From Candidatus Aegiribacteria sp. (GTDB lineage Bacteria; Fermentibacterota; Fermentibacteria; Fermentibacterales; JCC-6), in the NCBI GenBank assembly GCA_046498225.1, contig JAWOBF010000020.1:1-28993 (forward strand): 28,993 nt of DNA, in the 5' to 3' direction. The translations under genes and the position numbers were made by a program. Of the stretch, positions 18,789-27,684 are shown one piece after another (position 1 is the stretch's first letter; the number at the start of each line of letters is the position of its first letter). The notes under the pieces were generated by a model. That model had not been told where the DNA came from, searched no databases, and was given only the letters and a program-made list of their open reading frames with translations.

Positions 18789-20813
18789 TTATACTTCAGG
18801 AACATCCGGAGCACCAAAGCGGCGGCGGTACTCCTCACTGACCATCTCCCAGTTACCGCTTCCGGCGGCCAGGGAGGAAGCTCTCTCCAGAAGGTCCAGG
18901 TCCCCGGTCAGGGAAGCGATGCGGAACCCCGGCAGACCGTGCTGCCGCGTTCCCGCCACCTCTCCCGGCCCCCGCAGCATCAGGTCCTCCTCGGCTATCC
19001 TGAAACCGTCGTCGGTGGACTCCATTATGCTGAGCCTCCGCATGCCCTCCCGTCCGCAGCGGCTGTCCTTCATCAGGAAGCACCAGGAGTCAGCGCCTCC
19101 TCTTCCTATCCTTCCCCGCAGCTGATGGAGCTGGCTCAGCCCGAACCTGTCCGCGTGAGATATTATCATCACCGTTGCTTCCGGCACGTCCAGCCCTACC
19201 TCCACCACCGTGGTGCTCACCAGGACGGATATCTCCCCTTCGACGAACCTGCCGGTGACTTCCAGTTTCTCCTCGGAACTCATGGCGCCGGTGAGAAGGC
19301 CAACTCCGAATTCGCCCGCGGGACCTCTCTGCAGTATCCTGAACGCCGAGGAGGCGTCCCTCAGGTCCAGCTCCTCGGAGGCTTCCCTCAGGGGATAGAC
19401 AACGTAGGCCCTCTCGCCCCTCGACAGCCTCTCCAGAAGAAAGCTGTAGACCCGCTGACGATGGTCCCTGTCGACAACCCTGGTGACCGTCCTTCCCCTT
19501 CCGGGGGGCATCTCATCGAGTACCGACAGGTCCAGGTCACCGTACAGGCTCATGGCGAGGGTCCTGGGTATGGGAGTGGCGGTCATCAGCATGAAATGAG
19601 GGCCGGGTTCACTGCCCGAAATCAGTCTGTCCCTCTGGGCCACTCCGAACTTGTGCTGCTCGTCCACTATGCACAGCCCCATCCGCGGCACCCGAACCGT
19701 ATCCTCCAGCACCGCGTGGGTCCCTACCAGAAGGTCGAGGGAGCCGTCCCTGAGGGTTTCATGGAGTTCTTTCCTGGCGGAGGCGGATGTACCTCCGGTC
19801 AACAGGCCGCATGTAAGTCCCGCCGGACCCAGCATGCGGTGGAGATTCCTGTAGTGCTGTGAAGCAAGGACTTCGGTGGGAGCCACCACCACGGACTGCC
19901 ATCCGGCCCCCGAGCAGATGGCGCAGGCGGCGGCGGCCACGACCGTCTTACCGGAGCCAACGTCCCCCTGAAGGAGCCTTCGCATGGGAGAATTCCCCGA
20001 CATGTCCCTCCCGATGGTCTCCACGGCTTTTTCCTGGGCCGAGGTAAGGCTGTACGGCAGGCCTTTCAGAAGGGCTTCCAGGGTATCTCGAGAGGAGGGC
20101 ATGGATATCCCCTTCCTTCGACCCGCCCTGGACCTGACATGATGGAGGAGGGACTGATGAACGAAAAATTCCTCCAGGGCGAGTGCCCTTCTTGCCTTCT
20201 CGCCCAGTGCCGGGTCGGAAGGGAAATGAAGCGTCCGTATCACTTCCCCCCTGTCGGTCCATCCCATGGATCGGAGCTCCTCCGGCGGGAGGACACGGGG
20301 GACATCGTGCAGATGGTCTTCCAGGGCCCTTCTGACGAGCTTTCTCATGATCAGCTGGCTGATGCCCCTGGTCAGGGGATATACCGGCAGGACCAGTTCC
20401 TCCTCTTTCATCTCTCCACCGGGGAAGAGGAGTTCAGGATGCACCATGGAAAGTCCTCCGAACAGCTCCACCCTGCCGCTTGCGATCACCCTCACGTCCC
20501 CGGCAAGCCTGTCCGCGATGTACCTGTAATTGAAGAAAGTGAGCTTGAGCCGGCCGGTCCCGTCATCCAGGACCGCCTGGAACCTTCTGCCGCTCCGGGG
20601 TGAACCCAGGATACCCGAGGAGACTATCACACCCTCCACGTTCGCCTCGCTCCCTGGAACCAGTTCGCGCACCGGGGTTATCACCCTTCGGTCATGGTAG
20701 CCGCGTGGAGCGTGGAGCAGGAGGTCGCCGATGGTCTCTATTCCCAGACGGGCCAGCTGGTCCTTGCGGGCGGGGCCGACCCCCCTGAGGTATCTGACGT
20801 CGGTATCCAGCAT
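18789..20813 (-). CDS. recG: ATP-dependent DNA helicase RecG
   Basis: LRGVGP N-terminus, wedge domain, RLLQGDVGSGKT, APTEVLA.QH, DEQHKFG, MTATPIPRTL, TTVVEVGLDVP, QLHQLRGRIGRG, and the TRG motif DGF.IAE.DL.LRGPGE..GTRQHG. Confidence 0.98.
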   Translation of the reverse strand: MLDTDVRYLRGVGPARKDQLARLGIETIGDLLLHAPRGYHDRRVITPVRELVPGSEANVEGVIVSSGILGSPRSGRRFQAVLDDGTGRLKLTFFNYRYIADRLAGDVRVIASGRVELFGGLSMVHPELLFPGGEMKEEELVLPVYPLTRGISQLIMRKLVRRALEDHLHDVPRVLPPEELRSMGWTDRGEVIRTLHFPSDPALGEKARRALALEEFFVHQSLLHHVRSRAGRRKGISMPSSRDTLEALLKGLPYSLTSAQEKAVETIGRDMSGNSPMRRLLQGDVGSGKTVVAAAACAICSGAGWQSVVVAPTEVLASQHYRNLHRMLGPAGLTCGLLTGGTSASARKELHETLRDGSLDLLVGTHAVLEDTVRVPRMGLCIVDEQHKFGVAQRDRLISGSEPGPHFMLMTATPIPRTLAMSLYGDLDLSVLDEMPPGRGRTVTRVVDRDHRQRVYSFLLERLSRGERAYVVYPLREASEELDLRDASSAFRILQRGPAGEFGVGLLTGAMSSEEKLEVTGRFVEGEISVLVSTTVVEVGLDVPEATVMIISHADRFGLSQLHQLRGRIGRGGADSWCFLMKDSRCGREGMRRLSIMESTDDGFRIAEEDLMLRGPGEVAGTRQHGLPGFRIASLTGDLDLLERASSLAAGSGNWEMVSEEYRRRFGAPDVPEV

Positions 20814-20970
20814 GTTCCCCTTCCATGAGGATGAAAAATAAAACTACGGTTTCCCGGCCGTTCGGGCAAGTCATCCGGGTGACCGGCACCGCAGGGGGCT
20901 TGACGAAAGGTATTTCAGGAAGTAAAGAAGGCGAAACCGTGATATCACCCAATGGAGGTAACGACCCAAG

Positions 20971-21480
20971 ATGGAGATAAGCACCAGAGAGACCCTTGAA
21001 GAGATCATCAGGAAGAATCCGGATGACATCGACGCCAGACTCAGCCTGGCGGAGATAGTCAGAAAGGACCGGAGTCCCGAGGAAGCTCTGGAGATATACG
21101 ACAGCGTCATACAACTCGACTCCGACAACGCCATGGCATACCTGGGAAAAGGTCTATGCTACGCGATGTCCCTTCTGGACAACATTCCCACCCGCGAAAT
21201 ATGGGACAGCGAGCTTGACGAGCAGGAGATGATAGACAACGCCATGGAACACCTCGAGCAGGCTGCGGAACTGGACCCCGAGCTGACCGAAGCATACAAC
21301 GCCATGGGCAGACTCTTCGCCATCATCGCCCAGGAGGAGGACGCGGTGGAGATGTTCAGACAGTCGCTGCAGGTGGACCCCACCCAGCTGGACGTGCTGG
21401 AGGACCTCAAGGAGATAACCGGCAAGCCGGTGTGGAAACTTCTGGACAAGGGAACCTGGATGGGGGAAGAGGAGGAGTAA
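20971..21480 (+). CDS. Acidic tetratricopeptide-repeat protein
   Basis: TPR patterns (AMAYLGKGLCY, AMEHLEQAAELDPEL.EAYNAMGRLF, AVEMFRQSLQVDP). GGAGG upstream; divergent from recG. Confidence 0.88.
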   Translation: MEISTRETLEEIIRKNPDDIDARLSLAEIVRKDRSPEEALEIYDSVIQLDSDNAMAYLGKGLCYAMSLLDNIPTREIWDSELDEQEMIDNAMEHLEQAAELDPELTEAYNAMGRLFAIIAQEEDAVEMFRQSLQVDPTQLDVLEDLKEITGKPVWKLLDKGTWMGEEEE

Positions 21481-21490
21481 GCCTCCCGGC

Positions 21491-22357
21491 CTATTGCCTC
21501 GCGGACATGGCCCCGACAAGACCTGTCAGGCAGAGGGCAGCCGGACATTCGTCCCGCGGCAGGTTCCTGCACAGCCCGGTAAGGAAATCTATCTCCGTCC
21601 TTCTTCCGGCCTCCAGGTCCTGAAGCATGCTGCAGCGGTTGAAGGAGGAACTAAGGAGGTCCCTCATCATTTTCAGGGCCTCCCTCCCCGCCGCCGGTCT
21701 GTGTTCCGAAGGCACCACCTCTATCAGCTCGCTGAACAGGACCTCCACCGCGTCTCCCAGCCCGACGTGCAGGAGTTCGGAGTTACGCAGGCCGGTGATG
21801 GCTCCCAGGGGATTAATGACGCTGTTGACCAGCCACTTCCCCCATCTCATCACTTCCATGGAGTCGGTTGGGACCACGGGAATGACGGAGCCGGCGAAGA
21901 CGGACTCCGCCTCTCCCCCCGGGGACAGGGTCAGCCTTCCGGGGAATGTCTCCACCCTGTTCCCGCCGGTCAGACCGAAACCGGCAGTGAGAATGGCGGG
22001 CTCCACCCTCTCATTCCAGGTTTCACCCCATTCCTTCTCCAGTCCCATTCCGTTGGATAGGCAGACGCATTTCCCGTCGGAGGAACGCATGGCCGGTCCC
22101 GCGACGGCGGGGATGTGGTAGGCCTTCACAGCCACAAGGCAGTGACGGGCGTGAAAGCTGTCACCCGATTCCACCTTGTTCACAGATGCGGTACCGGGGA
22201 AGGCCCCGGTGGACTCCAGCTCCCTCCGGCCTCTTCCGCTGCCCGGAGGACCTACCAGGGTAACCTCATATAGCGGAGAAAGGGCGACGGCGAGTCCGGT
22301 TCCCACCGCGCCGTCGCCCCATACTGCCAGGCTGGAGTTACTTTTTCTTCTTTTCAC
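21491..22357 (-). CDS. panE: 2-dehydropantoate 2-reductase (PanE/ApbA family)
   Basis: Rossmann motif VWGDGAVG, AVKAY, SNGMG, WGKWLVNSVINPL, SMLQDLEAGRRTEIDFLTG. Confidence 0.85.
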   Translation of the reverse strand: MKRRKSNSSLAVWGDGAVGTGLAVALSPLYEVTLVGPPGSGRGRRELESTGAFPGTASVNKVESGDSFHARHCLVAVKAYHIPAVAGPAMRSSDGKCVCLSNGMGLEKEWGETWNERVEPAILTAGFGLTGGNRVETFPGRLTLSPGGEAESVFAGSVIPVVPTDSMEVMRWGKWLVNSVINPLGAITGLRNSELLHVGLGDAVEVLFSELIEVVPSEHRPAAGREALKMMRDLLSSSFNRCSMLQDLEAGRRTEIDFLTGLCRNLPRDECPAALCLTGLVGAMSARQ

Positions 22358-22730
22358 TGCCGGCCGAGCTTTTTCCGCCCTTCTTCTCTACCTTCTCCTT
22401 CAGTTCCTCCACCTTTTCCTTGCCCTTTTCGGTGGCCCGGTCGATCTTGTCCCTGGCCTCCTCCAGCTTTTTGATAGTGTCCTCTATCTTCTCCCTGCTG
22501 GCGGAGCCGGCCCCGTCGATCATCTTCCTGCCCTCATCGATGAGTTTCTCCGCTTCGGCCCTGAAGGCCCTGTAGTACTCCTCACCCTTCTCGTAGATCT
22601 CTCCGGATGTGGTCCTAACCTTCTCCCGGGTCTCCTCGCCCCTGGCGGGGGCGTAAAGGAGGGCTGCGATGCTTCCCGCGAACGCGCCCGCCATAAAGGC
22701 CCAAAATTCTCCTTTGCCGTTCTCAGCCAT
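22338..22730 (-). CDS. YtxH-domain protein (N-terminal hydrophobic helix plus charged coiled coil)
   Basis: F..FMAGAFAGSIAALLYAPARGEETR matches the YtxH N-terminus and is followed by a Lys/Glu-rich helix. Confidence 0.85.
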   Translation of the reverse strand: MAENGKGEFWAFMAGAFAGSIAALLYAPARGEETREKVRTTSGEIYEKGEEYYRAFRAEAEKLIDEGRKMIDGAGSASREKIEDTIKKLEEARDKIDRATEKGKEKVEELKEKVEKKGGKSSAGSEKKKK

Positions 22731-22748
22731 TTTTTCTCCCTTCGTTCG

Positions 22749-25700
22749 TTACCTTCCGCAACACTTCTTGTATTTTTTCCCGCTGCCGCAGGGGCAGGGG
22801 TCGTTTCGGCCAACCTTGGGCTGTTCCCGCACCACGGTGGCCTGCTTCGATCTTCCACCGGCCCGTTCCCGGGGCTGCTGAGCCCGGGCGGTCCCGGCGG
22901 AAGGCAGGGTGGAGGAGGGATGAAGAGCGCTGCCCTGCACCTGCAGGTTCTCGGGCAGGTCCGCCCTGGCGTCGCGCGGCCACAGGGACAGCACCTGCCG
23001 TACAGCCAGCCTGTCCACCCTGTCCAGGAGTTCCTCGAACAGGCCGAAGGCCTCCTTCTTGAACTCCACCAGCGGATCCCTCTGGGCGTAGGCCCTGAGG
23101 TTTATGCCGGACTTGAGGTGGTCTATTCCGTAGAGGTGCTCCCTCCACATGGAATCTATGGAGCTGAGCACGGCCCTCTTCTCCAGCTCCGAGGACAGTT
23201 CGTCCCCTATCCTCTCCCGCTTCATGTGATAGTAGTCCAGCACCATTCGAACCCCGGCCTCCCTGGCCTGCTCCGGTGACATGTCACCGGTTGCCAGCCC
23301 GGAGAGGTCGAAGTTCACCCCGGATATCTCGCCCAGTCTGATCCGGGCCTTGTCGACGGTCCATTCCTCGGTTTCCGTCTCGTCCTGGATGGCCTCGGCC
23401 AGAATGTCCTCCGCCACCGCCGCCACCATGTCCAGGACCTCTTCCTCGAGCTCCTCGCCGGTCAGGGCCTGTCGGCGTCTCGCGTAGATGACCTCCCTCT
23501 GGCGGTTGACCACGTCATCGTATTCGAGAAGATGTTTCCTTATTCCGAAGTTGTACTCCTCCACCCGCTTCTGGGCTTTCTGAATGGCCTTGGTGAGAAG
23601 AGCGTGCTCCACCGGGTCGCCCTCCTTCTCCCCTCCGCTCTTCTTCATGAAGTCAATAAGCTTCTCGGAAGCGAAAAGCCTGAACAGGTCATCCTCCAGG
23701 GAGAGGTAGAACCTGCTGGACCCGGGGTCCCCCTGGCGACCGCTCCTTCCCCGGAGCTGCCTGTCTATTCTCCTGGACTCGTGCCTGGCGGTTCCAATGA
23801 CGAAGAGACCTCCGGGGCTTCTGTTCCCGTCGGTATCGGTTATCTCCTTTATCTCCGGAGCCAGTTTGATGTCGGTCCCCCTTCCCGCCATGTTGGTGGC
23901 TATGGTCACAGCCCCCCTCTGCCCGGCCCGGGATACTATCTCGGCCTCCCTCTCGTGCTGTTTCGCGTTGAGTACGCTGTGAGGTACCTTTCTGGCTTTG
24001 AGAAGCTTGGAGAGAAGCTCCGACACGTCGACCGAGACGGTTCCCACCAGCACCGGTTGGCCCAGTGAATGAAGTCTCTGTATCTCGTTGATGATGGCGT
24101 TGAACTTCTCTCTCCTGGTCTTGTACACCTGGTCGTTGTAATCCCGCCTGACCACCGGCACATTCGTGGGGATGACCACCACGTCCAGGTCGTAGATGCT
24201 CTCGAACTCATCCGCCTCGGTCTCCGCGGTACCGGTCATGCCGGCGAGCTTGTCGTACATCCGGAAGTAGTTCTGTATGGTGATGGTGGCCAGGGTCTGG
24301 GTCTCGCTCCTTATCTCCACCTTCTCCTTGGCCTCCAGGGCCTCGTGAAGGCCGTCGCTGAACCGCCTTCCCGGCATCAGCCTTCCGGTGAACTGGTCTA
24401 CTATCACCACCCGGCCGTCCTGAATAACGTACTCGACGTCCTTCTCGTACAGCTGGAAAGCCCGCAGGAGCTGGTCGATATTGTGAAGGGCCTCCGCCTT
24501 TCGGGAATGGTCGTGGTAGGCCTTCCTCTTAAGCTCCGCCTTCTCCGCTTCGGGCAGCTCCCGCATCTCTATTCCGGCTATCTCGTCGCCTATGTCGGTC
24601 AGCAGGAAGAAGTCCGGGTCGTCCGGGGAAAGGGTCTTCCTTCCGATGTCCGAGAGGGACACGGATTTCTCCTTCTCGTCCATGGCGAAGAGGAGGTCCT
24701 CCTCCAGCTCATGGGTCCTCTTCTCCCTCAGGAGAACACCCTCCATCCTCTGCACCGCCTGAAGCCTGTCAGGGTCCTGCAGGGCGCGTACCAGCTTCCT
24801 CTGCTTGGGGGCCCCCTTCCTGGCCTTGAGGTAGAGCAGGGCCGCCTCTTCGGTCTGCCCCCGGTCCCAGAGCTGGTCGGCCCTGGCCACGATGTCGTTC
24901 ACCAGGACGGTCTGCTTCCGCACCAGCCTGGCCACCGGGTCCCGGTACTCCTTGTACCGGTTGGTGGACCTGGCCACCGGACCGCTGATTATCAGAGGGG
25001 TCCTGGCCTCATCTATCAGTACGCTGTCCACCTCGTCAACGATGACGAAGTTGTGTCCCCTCTGAACCATGGTGTCCAGTCGAACCGCCATGTTGTCCCT
25101 CAGGTAGTCGAAGCCGAACTGGTTGTTGGTGCCGTAGGTGATATCGCAGTTGTACTGGGCAAGCCTCTCCTCGGGGGTCATCTCCATCTGGATGCAGCCG
25201 ATGGTAAGGCCCAGGTACCTGTAGACACCTCCCATCCAGTCGGCGTCCCTCCTGGCCAGGTAGTCGTTCACCGTTACCAGGTGGGCTCCCCTGCCCGGAG
25301 GTGTTCCGTCGATGGGGGCAAAGTCCCATTCTTCCGGGTCTTCTCCGAACCTCTCCCGGGCAAGTTCCATCCATCGCGGGTTGAGGTCGAGGGCGTTCAG
25401 GTACATGGGCATCACCGCCACCAGGGTCTTCCCCTCTCCGGTGGCCATCTCGGCTATCCTTCCCTGGTGAAGCACCACCGCGCCGATTATCTGCACGTCG
25501 AAGGGAACCATGTTCCATTCCTGGGAGCTTCCGCTGACCATCCAGGATTCGCCCAGCAGCCTCCTGCAGGCCTCCTTCACCACGGCGAAGGATTCGGACA
25601 TGATGTCGTCCACAGTCTCGCCCCGGGCCAGACGCACCCTGAACTCCCTGGTCTTGTCCCTGAGCTGCTCCCCGGAGAGAGATTCCAGCGCCCGGAAGTG

Positions 25701-25790
25701 CTCATTGACCACCTCGACGAACGGCTCCAGCTGAGCTACCTTCTTTCCCTGCCGGTCACCGAAAAGCGACCTCACGACCTTCTTAAGCAA
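22749..25790 (-). CDS. secA: Preprotein translocase ATPase SecA
   Basis: TTG start with GGAGG SD. IAEMATGEGKT, VTVNDYLARRDA, FGFDYLRDNM, VDEVDSVLIDEARTPLIISG, IATNMAGRGTDIKL, HESRRIDRQLRGRSGRQGDPG, and the C-terminal SEC-C motif GRNDPCPCGSGKKYKKCCG. Confidence 0.99.
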   Translation of the reverse strand: MLKKVVRSLFGDRQGKKVAQLEPFVEVVNEHFRALESLSGEQLRDKTREFRVRLARGETVDDIMSESFAVVKEACRRLLGESWMVSGSSQEWNMVPFDVQIIGAVVLHQGRIAEMATGEGKTLVAVMPMYLNALDLNPRWMELARERFGEDPEEWDFAPIDGTPPGRGAHLVTVNDYLARRDADWMGGVYRYLGLTIGCIQMEMTPEERLAQYNCDITYGTNNQFGFDYLRDNMAVRLDTMVQRGHNFVIVDEVDSVLIDEARTPLIISGPVARSTNRYKEYRDPVARLVRKQTVLVNDIVARADQLWDRGQTEEAALLYLKARKGAPKQRKLVRALQDPDRLQAVQRMEGVLLREKRTHELEEDLLFAMDEKEKSVSLSDIGRKTLSPDDPDFFLLTDIGDEIAGIEMRELPEAEKAELKRKAYHDHSRKAEALHNIDQLLRAFQLYEKDVEYVIQDGRVVIVDQFTGRLMPGRRFSDGLHEALEAKEKVEIRSETQTLATITIQNYFRMYDKLAGMTGTAETEADEFESIYDLDVVVIPTNVPVVRRDYNDQVYKTRREKFNAIINEIQRLHSLGQPVLVGTVSVDVSELLSKLLKARKVPHSVLNAKQHEREAEIVSRAGQRGAVTIATNMAGRGTDIKLAPEIKEITDTDGNRSPGGLFVIGTARHESRRIDRQLRGRSGRQGDPGSSRFYLSLEDDLFRLFASEKLIDFMKKSGGEKEGDPVEHALLTKAIQKAQKRVEEYNFGIRKHLLEYDDVVNRQREVIYARRRQALTGEELEEEVLDMVAAVAEDILAEAIQDETETEEWTVDKARIRLGEISGVNFDLSGLATGDMSPEQAREAGVRMVLDYYHMKRERIGDELSSELEKRAVLSSIDSMWREHLYGIDHLKSGINLRAYAQRDPLVEFKKEAFGLFEELLDRVDRLAVRQVLSLWPRDARADLPENLQVQGSALHPSSTLPSAGTARAQQPRERAGGRSKQATVVREQPKVGRNDPCPCGSGKKYKKCCGR

Positions 25791-25883
25791 GTTATCAATC
25801 CTCCAGGCCTGAAATAGCGGATCCGTTTCCGCCGATTAAGCTCATCCTCAATAACTATCATAACCAAATCGTAACCCCTCCGG

Positions 25884-25904
25884 AAAAGCGGCCCGTCAGG
25901 GCGC
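25884..25904 (-). terminator. Terminator- or attenuator-like hairpin upstream of secA
   Basis: Minus strand GCGCCC-TGAC-GGGCCGC-TTTT: a 6-bp GC stem with one bulge and a short U tract. The loop contains the TGA stop of the 44-aa ORF. Confidence 0.4.
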
Positions 25905-26030
25905 GACCCGGGAGGACCTGTCCTTGGAGACGTCACCCGCGCCGGGCCACGGGGGCCTTCCTGCGCACTCCGCCGCCAGCAGCAGCAGCGCTATGCTAAC
26001 CACCGTCAGCAGCAGTTTCCTCGAACTCAT
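25896..26030 (-). CDS. 44-aa ORF with a signal/TM segment upstream of secA (candidate secretion-monitor leader peptide or small membrane peptide)
   Basis: Manual translation: MSSRKLLLTVVSIALLLLAAECAGRPPWPGAGDVSKDRSSRVAP*. GAGG lies 7 nt upstream, codons are GC3-rich like neighbouring genes, and n-/h-region architecture is clear. Too short for the ORF track. Confidence 0.55.
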   Translation of the reverse strand: MSSRKLLLTVVSIALLLLAAECAGRPPWPGAGDVSKDRSSRVAP

Positions 26031-26928
26031 CCATCAGCCTCAGCAGAGAATCGGATCTCTGGACGAACACCTCGGAGGAGTCGCCCAGAAGAGCTGATTC
26101 CCGCAGCGCTTCCCCGGACAGGATCAGATCGCCCGCCCTGAGGGCGTCCCTTCCCCTGAAGTAGAGAGCCCATCCGAGTTCCCGGTCCGACTCCGGGCAT
26201 AACCGCCTTTCCCGGGCCCTTCTCAGGGCCCAGATTTCCCTTTCGGGATCCTCCTCGGCTGAGGCCAGGGCCGCCACGGCGCGCCAGTAGGAGTATCCGT
26301 CACCGCCCTCCAGCCTGAGGCGGCCGATCTGCTCCCTTGCCCCCTCCAGGTCTCCGGCCTCCGCCAGCCGCTCCGCCAGCAGACACCTGTAGAAATCCTC
26401 CTCCGGCATGAGTTCCACCGACCTGGCCGCCAGTGCCTGAACGCTGTCCTCCGGGGAACTGCCCTGCAGGAATATGGCCAGCCAGGCGCAGGCGTCGGCG
26501 GCGGTGGAATCGTCAGGCGAAACGGACGCGTCCAGGAGGTATCGGAGCGAGGGTGAAGGTTCCATTCCCAGCTCCCTCTCCGCCGCGGCAAGGTAGTAGC
26601 GGCAGACGCCGCCACCCCGCACCAGGTCCGAATACTCCATCATCTCCCGGAACATCCCCAGGCTTCGAAGCGCCCTCAGGTATTCCGCCAGGAACCACTG
26701 GCTGGAAGGTTCCATGGACCAGGCGGCCAGGGCCGGCCCCAGCGCCTCCTCAGGCATCTCCATGCGGTTGGCCGTCCAGGCCAGCCGGTAGAGAAGCCAT
26801 GGGTCGGCGGGATCGGCTTTCACCTCCTCCATCAGAAGTGGAAGGGCTTCGGGAAGGTTTCCCGCTCGGCTCAGGGAATCACCCGTGGAGAAAGCAAGGG
26901 GGAGCAGCCACAAAAGAGACGGCAGCAC
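25996..26928 (-). CDS. Exported TPR-like alpha-helical repeat protein
   Basis: GTG start and hydrophobic N-terminus (MLPSLLWLLPLAFS). TPR-like repeats (DPADPWLLYRLAW, AARSVELMPEED..R..LAE.L...GDLEGA). Confidence 0.75.
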   Translation of the reverse strand: MLPSLLWLLPLAFSTGDSLSRAGNLPEALPLLMEEVKADPADPWLLYRLAWTANRMEMPEEALGPALAAWSMEPSSQWFLAEYLRALRSLGMFREMMEYSDLVRGGGVCRYYLAAAERELGMEPSPSLRYLLDASVSPDDSTAADACAWLAIFLQGSSPEDSVQALAARSVELMPEEDFYRCLLAERLAEAGDLEGAREQIGRLRLEGGDGYSYWRAVAALASAEEDPEREIWALRRARERRLCPESDRELGWALYFRGRDALRAGDLILSGEALRESALLGDSSEVFVQRSDSLLRLMDEFEETAADGG

Positions 26929-26937
26929 CGCCAGTGG

Positions 26938-27321
26938 TCAGAACCCGGTCAGCGATGAATCCGGGAGGGAGCCGCTGAAGTGCAGCTGGACCGAGAAATC
27001 GTCAGACGGTCTCCACCTGAGGTCGAGCCCCCCCAGGACCCTGCCCGCGGAAAAGCCGTGAAGATCGTAGACCCTGGCGTAGCCAATATCAACGGAAGCG
27101 TCCCAGTCCGGATGGAGCGAGAACGCCATGGTACCCACCGTCAGGCCTCCTGCCAGTGTCCTGCCGCCCCCGGTCACCATGCTGAAACTGGTGTAACCCG
27201 AGAATTCCGGGTCGAACCATGACCCCGTGGGTTCCACCAGCGAGAACCTGGAGGGTTCCAGCCCCGCGGCCAGAAGCATCGGCGAGACAGCGAGCAGTAT
27301 CGACACTATCAGTATTCTCAT
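26938..27321 (-). CDS. Small exported beta-strand-rich protein with terminal Phe
   Basis: Start ATG 27321 (GGAGAAGG upstream). Signal peptide MRILIVSILLAVSPMLLA, alternating amphipathic strands (WDASVDIGY, GGLDLRWRP, FSVQLHF), ends in GF. Confidence 0.7.
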   Translation of the reverse strand: MRILIVSILLAVSPMLLAAGLEPSRFSLVEPTGSWFDPEFSGYTSFSMVTGGGRTLAGGLTVGTMAFSLHPDWDASVDIGYARVYDLHGFSAGRVLGGLDLRWRPSDDFSVQLHFSGSLPDSSLTGF

Positions 27322-27420
27322 AATTGGACCTTCTCCATCCATGGGGTATTCCGGTTACCTTTACAGTAATATATTATTCAGCGGCGGCGGTCAATGTTCC
27401 CGAACGCGAAAGGGTGATGG

Positions 27421-27684
27421 GTGGAAAGTCTCAGATATCCGGAATACGTTGTCTTCAGAGAAGAGCCCGAGGGCGGCATACTGTTCAACGTCGACACCGG
27501 CGAGCTGAAACTGGTGGAGGACGTGGCCTGGGGCATCTGTCACATGATAGAGAAGGAAAGCGACCGCTCCCTGATACTGAAGAAGCTCGAGGAGCTGTAT
27601 CCGGAGGAAGAGAACCTGAAGCGGGACCTGGACAGCTTCCTTGAAGAACTGGCGGAGGCAGGGTTTCTGCTGCGGGAACAATGA
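27421..27684 (+). CDS. PqqD-family RiPP recognition element (ScmD-like)
   Basis: 87 aa: three strands then three helices (VVFREE..GGILFNVDTG...L...AWGI..MI...LILKKL.E.Y....LKRDLDSFLEELAEAGFL). ATGA overlap with the next gene. Confidence 0.9.
   Translation: MESLRYPEYVVFREEPEGGILFNVDTGELKLVEDVAWGICHMIEKESDRSLILKKLEELYPEEENLKRDLDSFLEELAEAGFLLREQ

Noticed and set aside
25965..25990. Canonical lipoprotein lipobox in the 44-aa ORF; also the (CAG)n run as a tandem repeat
   Set aside because: LAAE-C has Glu at -1 instead of G/A/S, so lipidation is doubtful. The CAG run is simply poly-Leu codons on the minus strand.
27341..27508. 55-aa plus-strand ORF (MGYSGYLYSNILFSGGGQCS...) as the RiPP precursor
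   Set aside because: No SD, it spans the probable promoter, overlaps the RRE gene by 88 nt out of frame, and has no leader-like motif.
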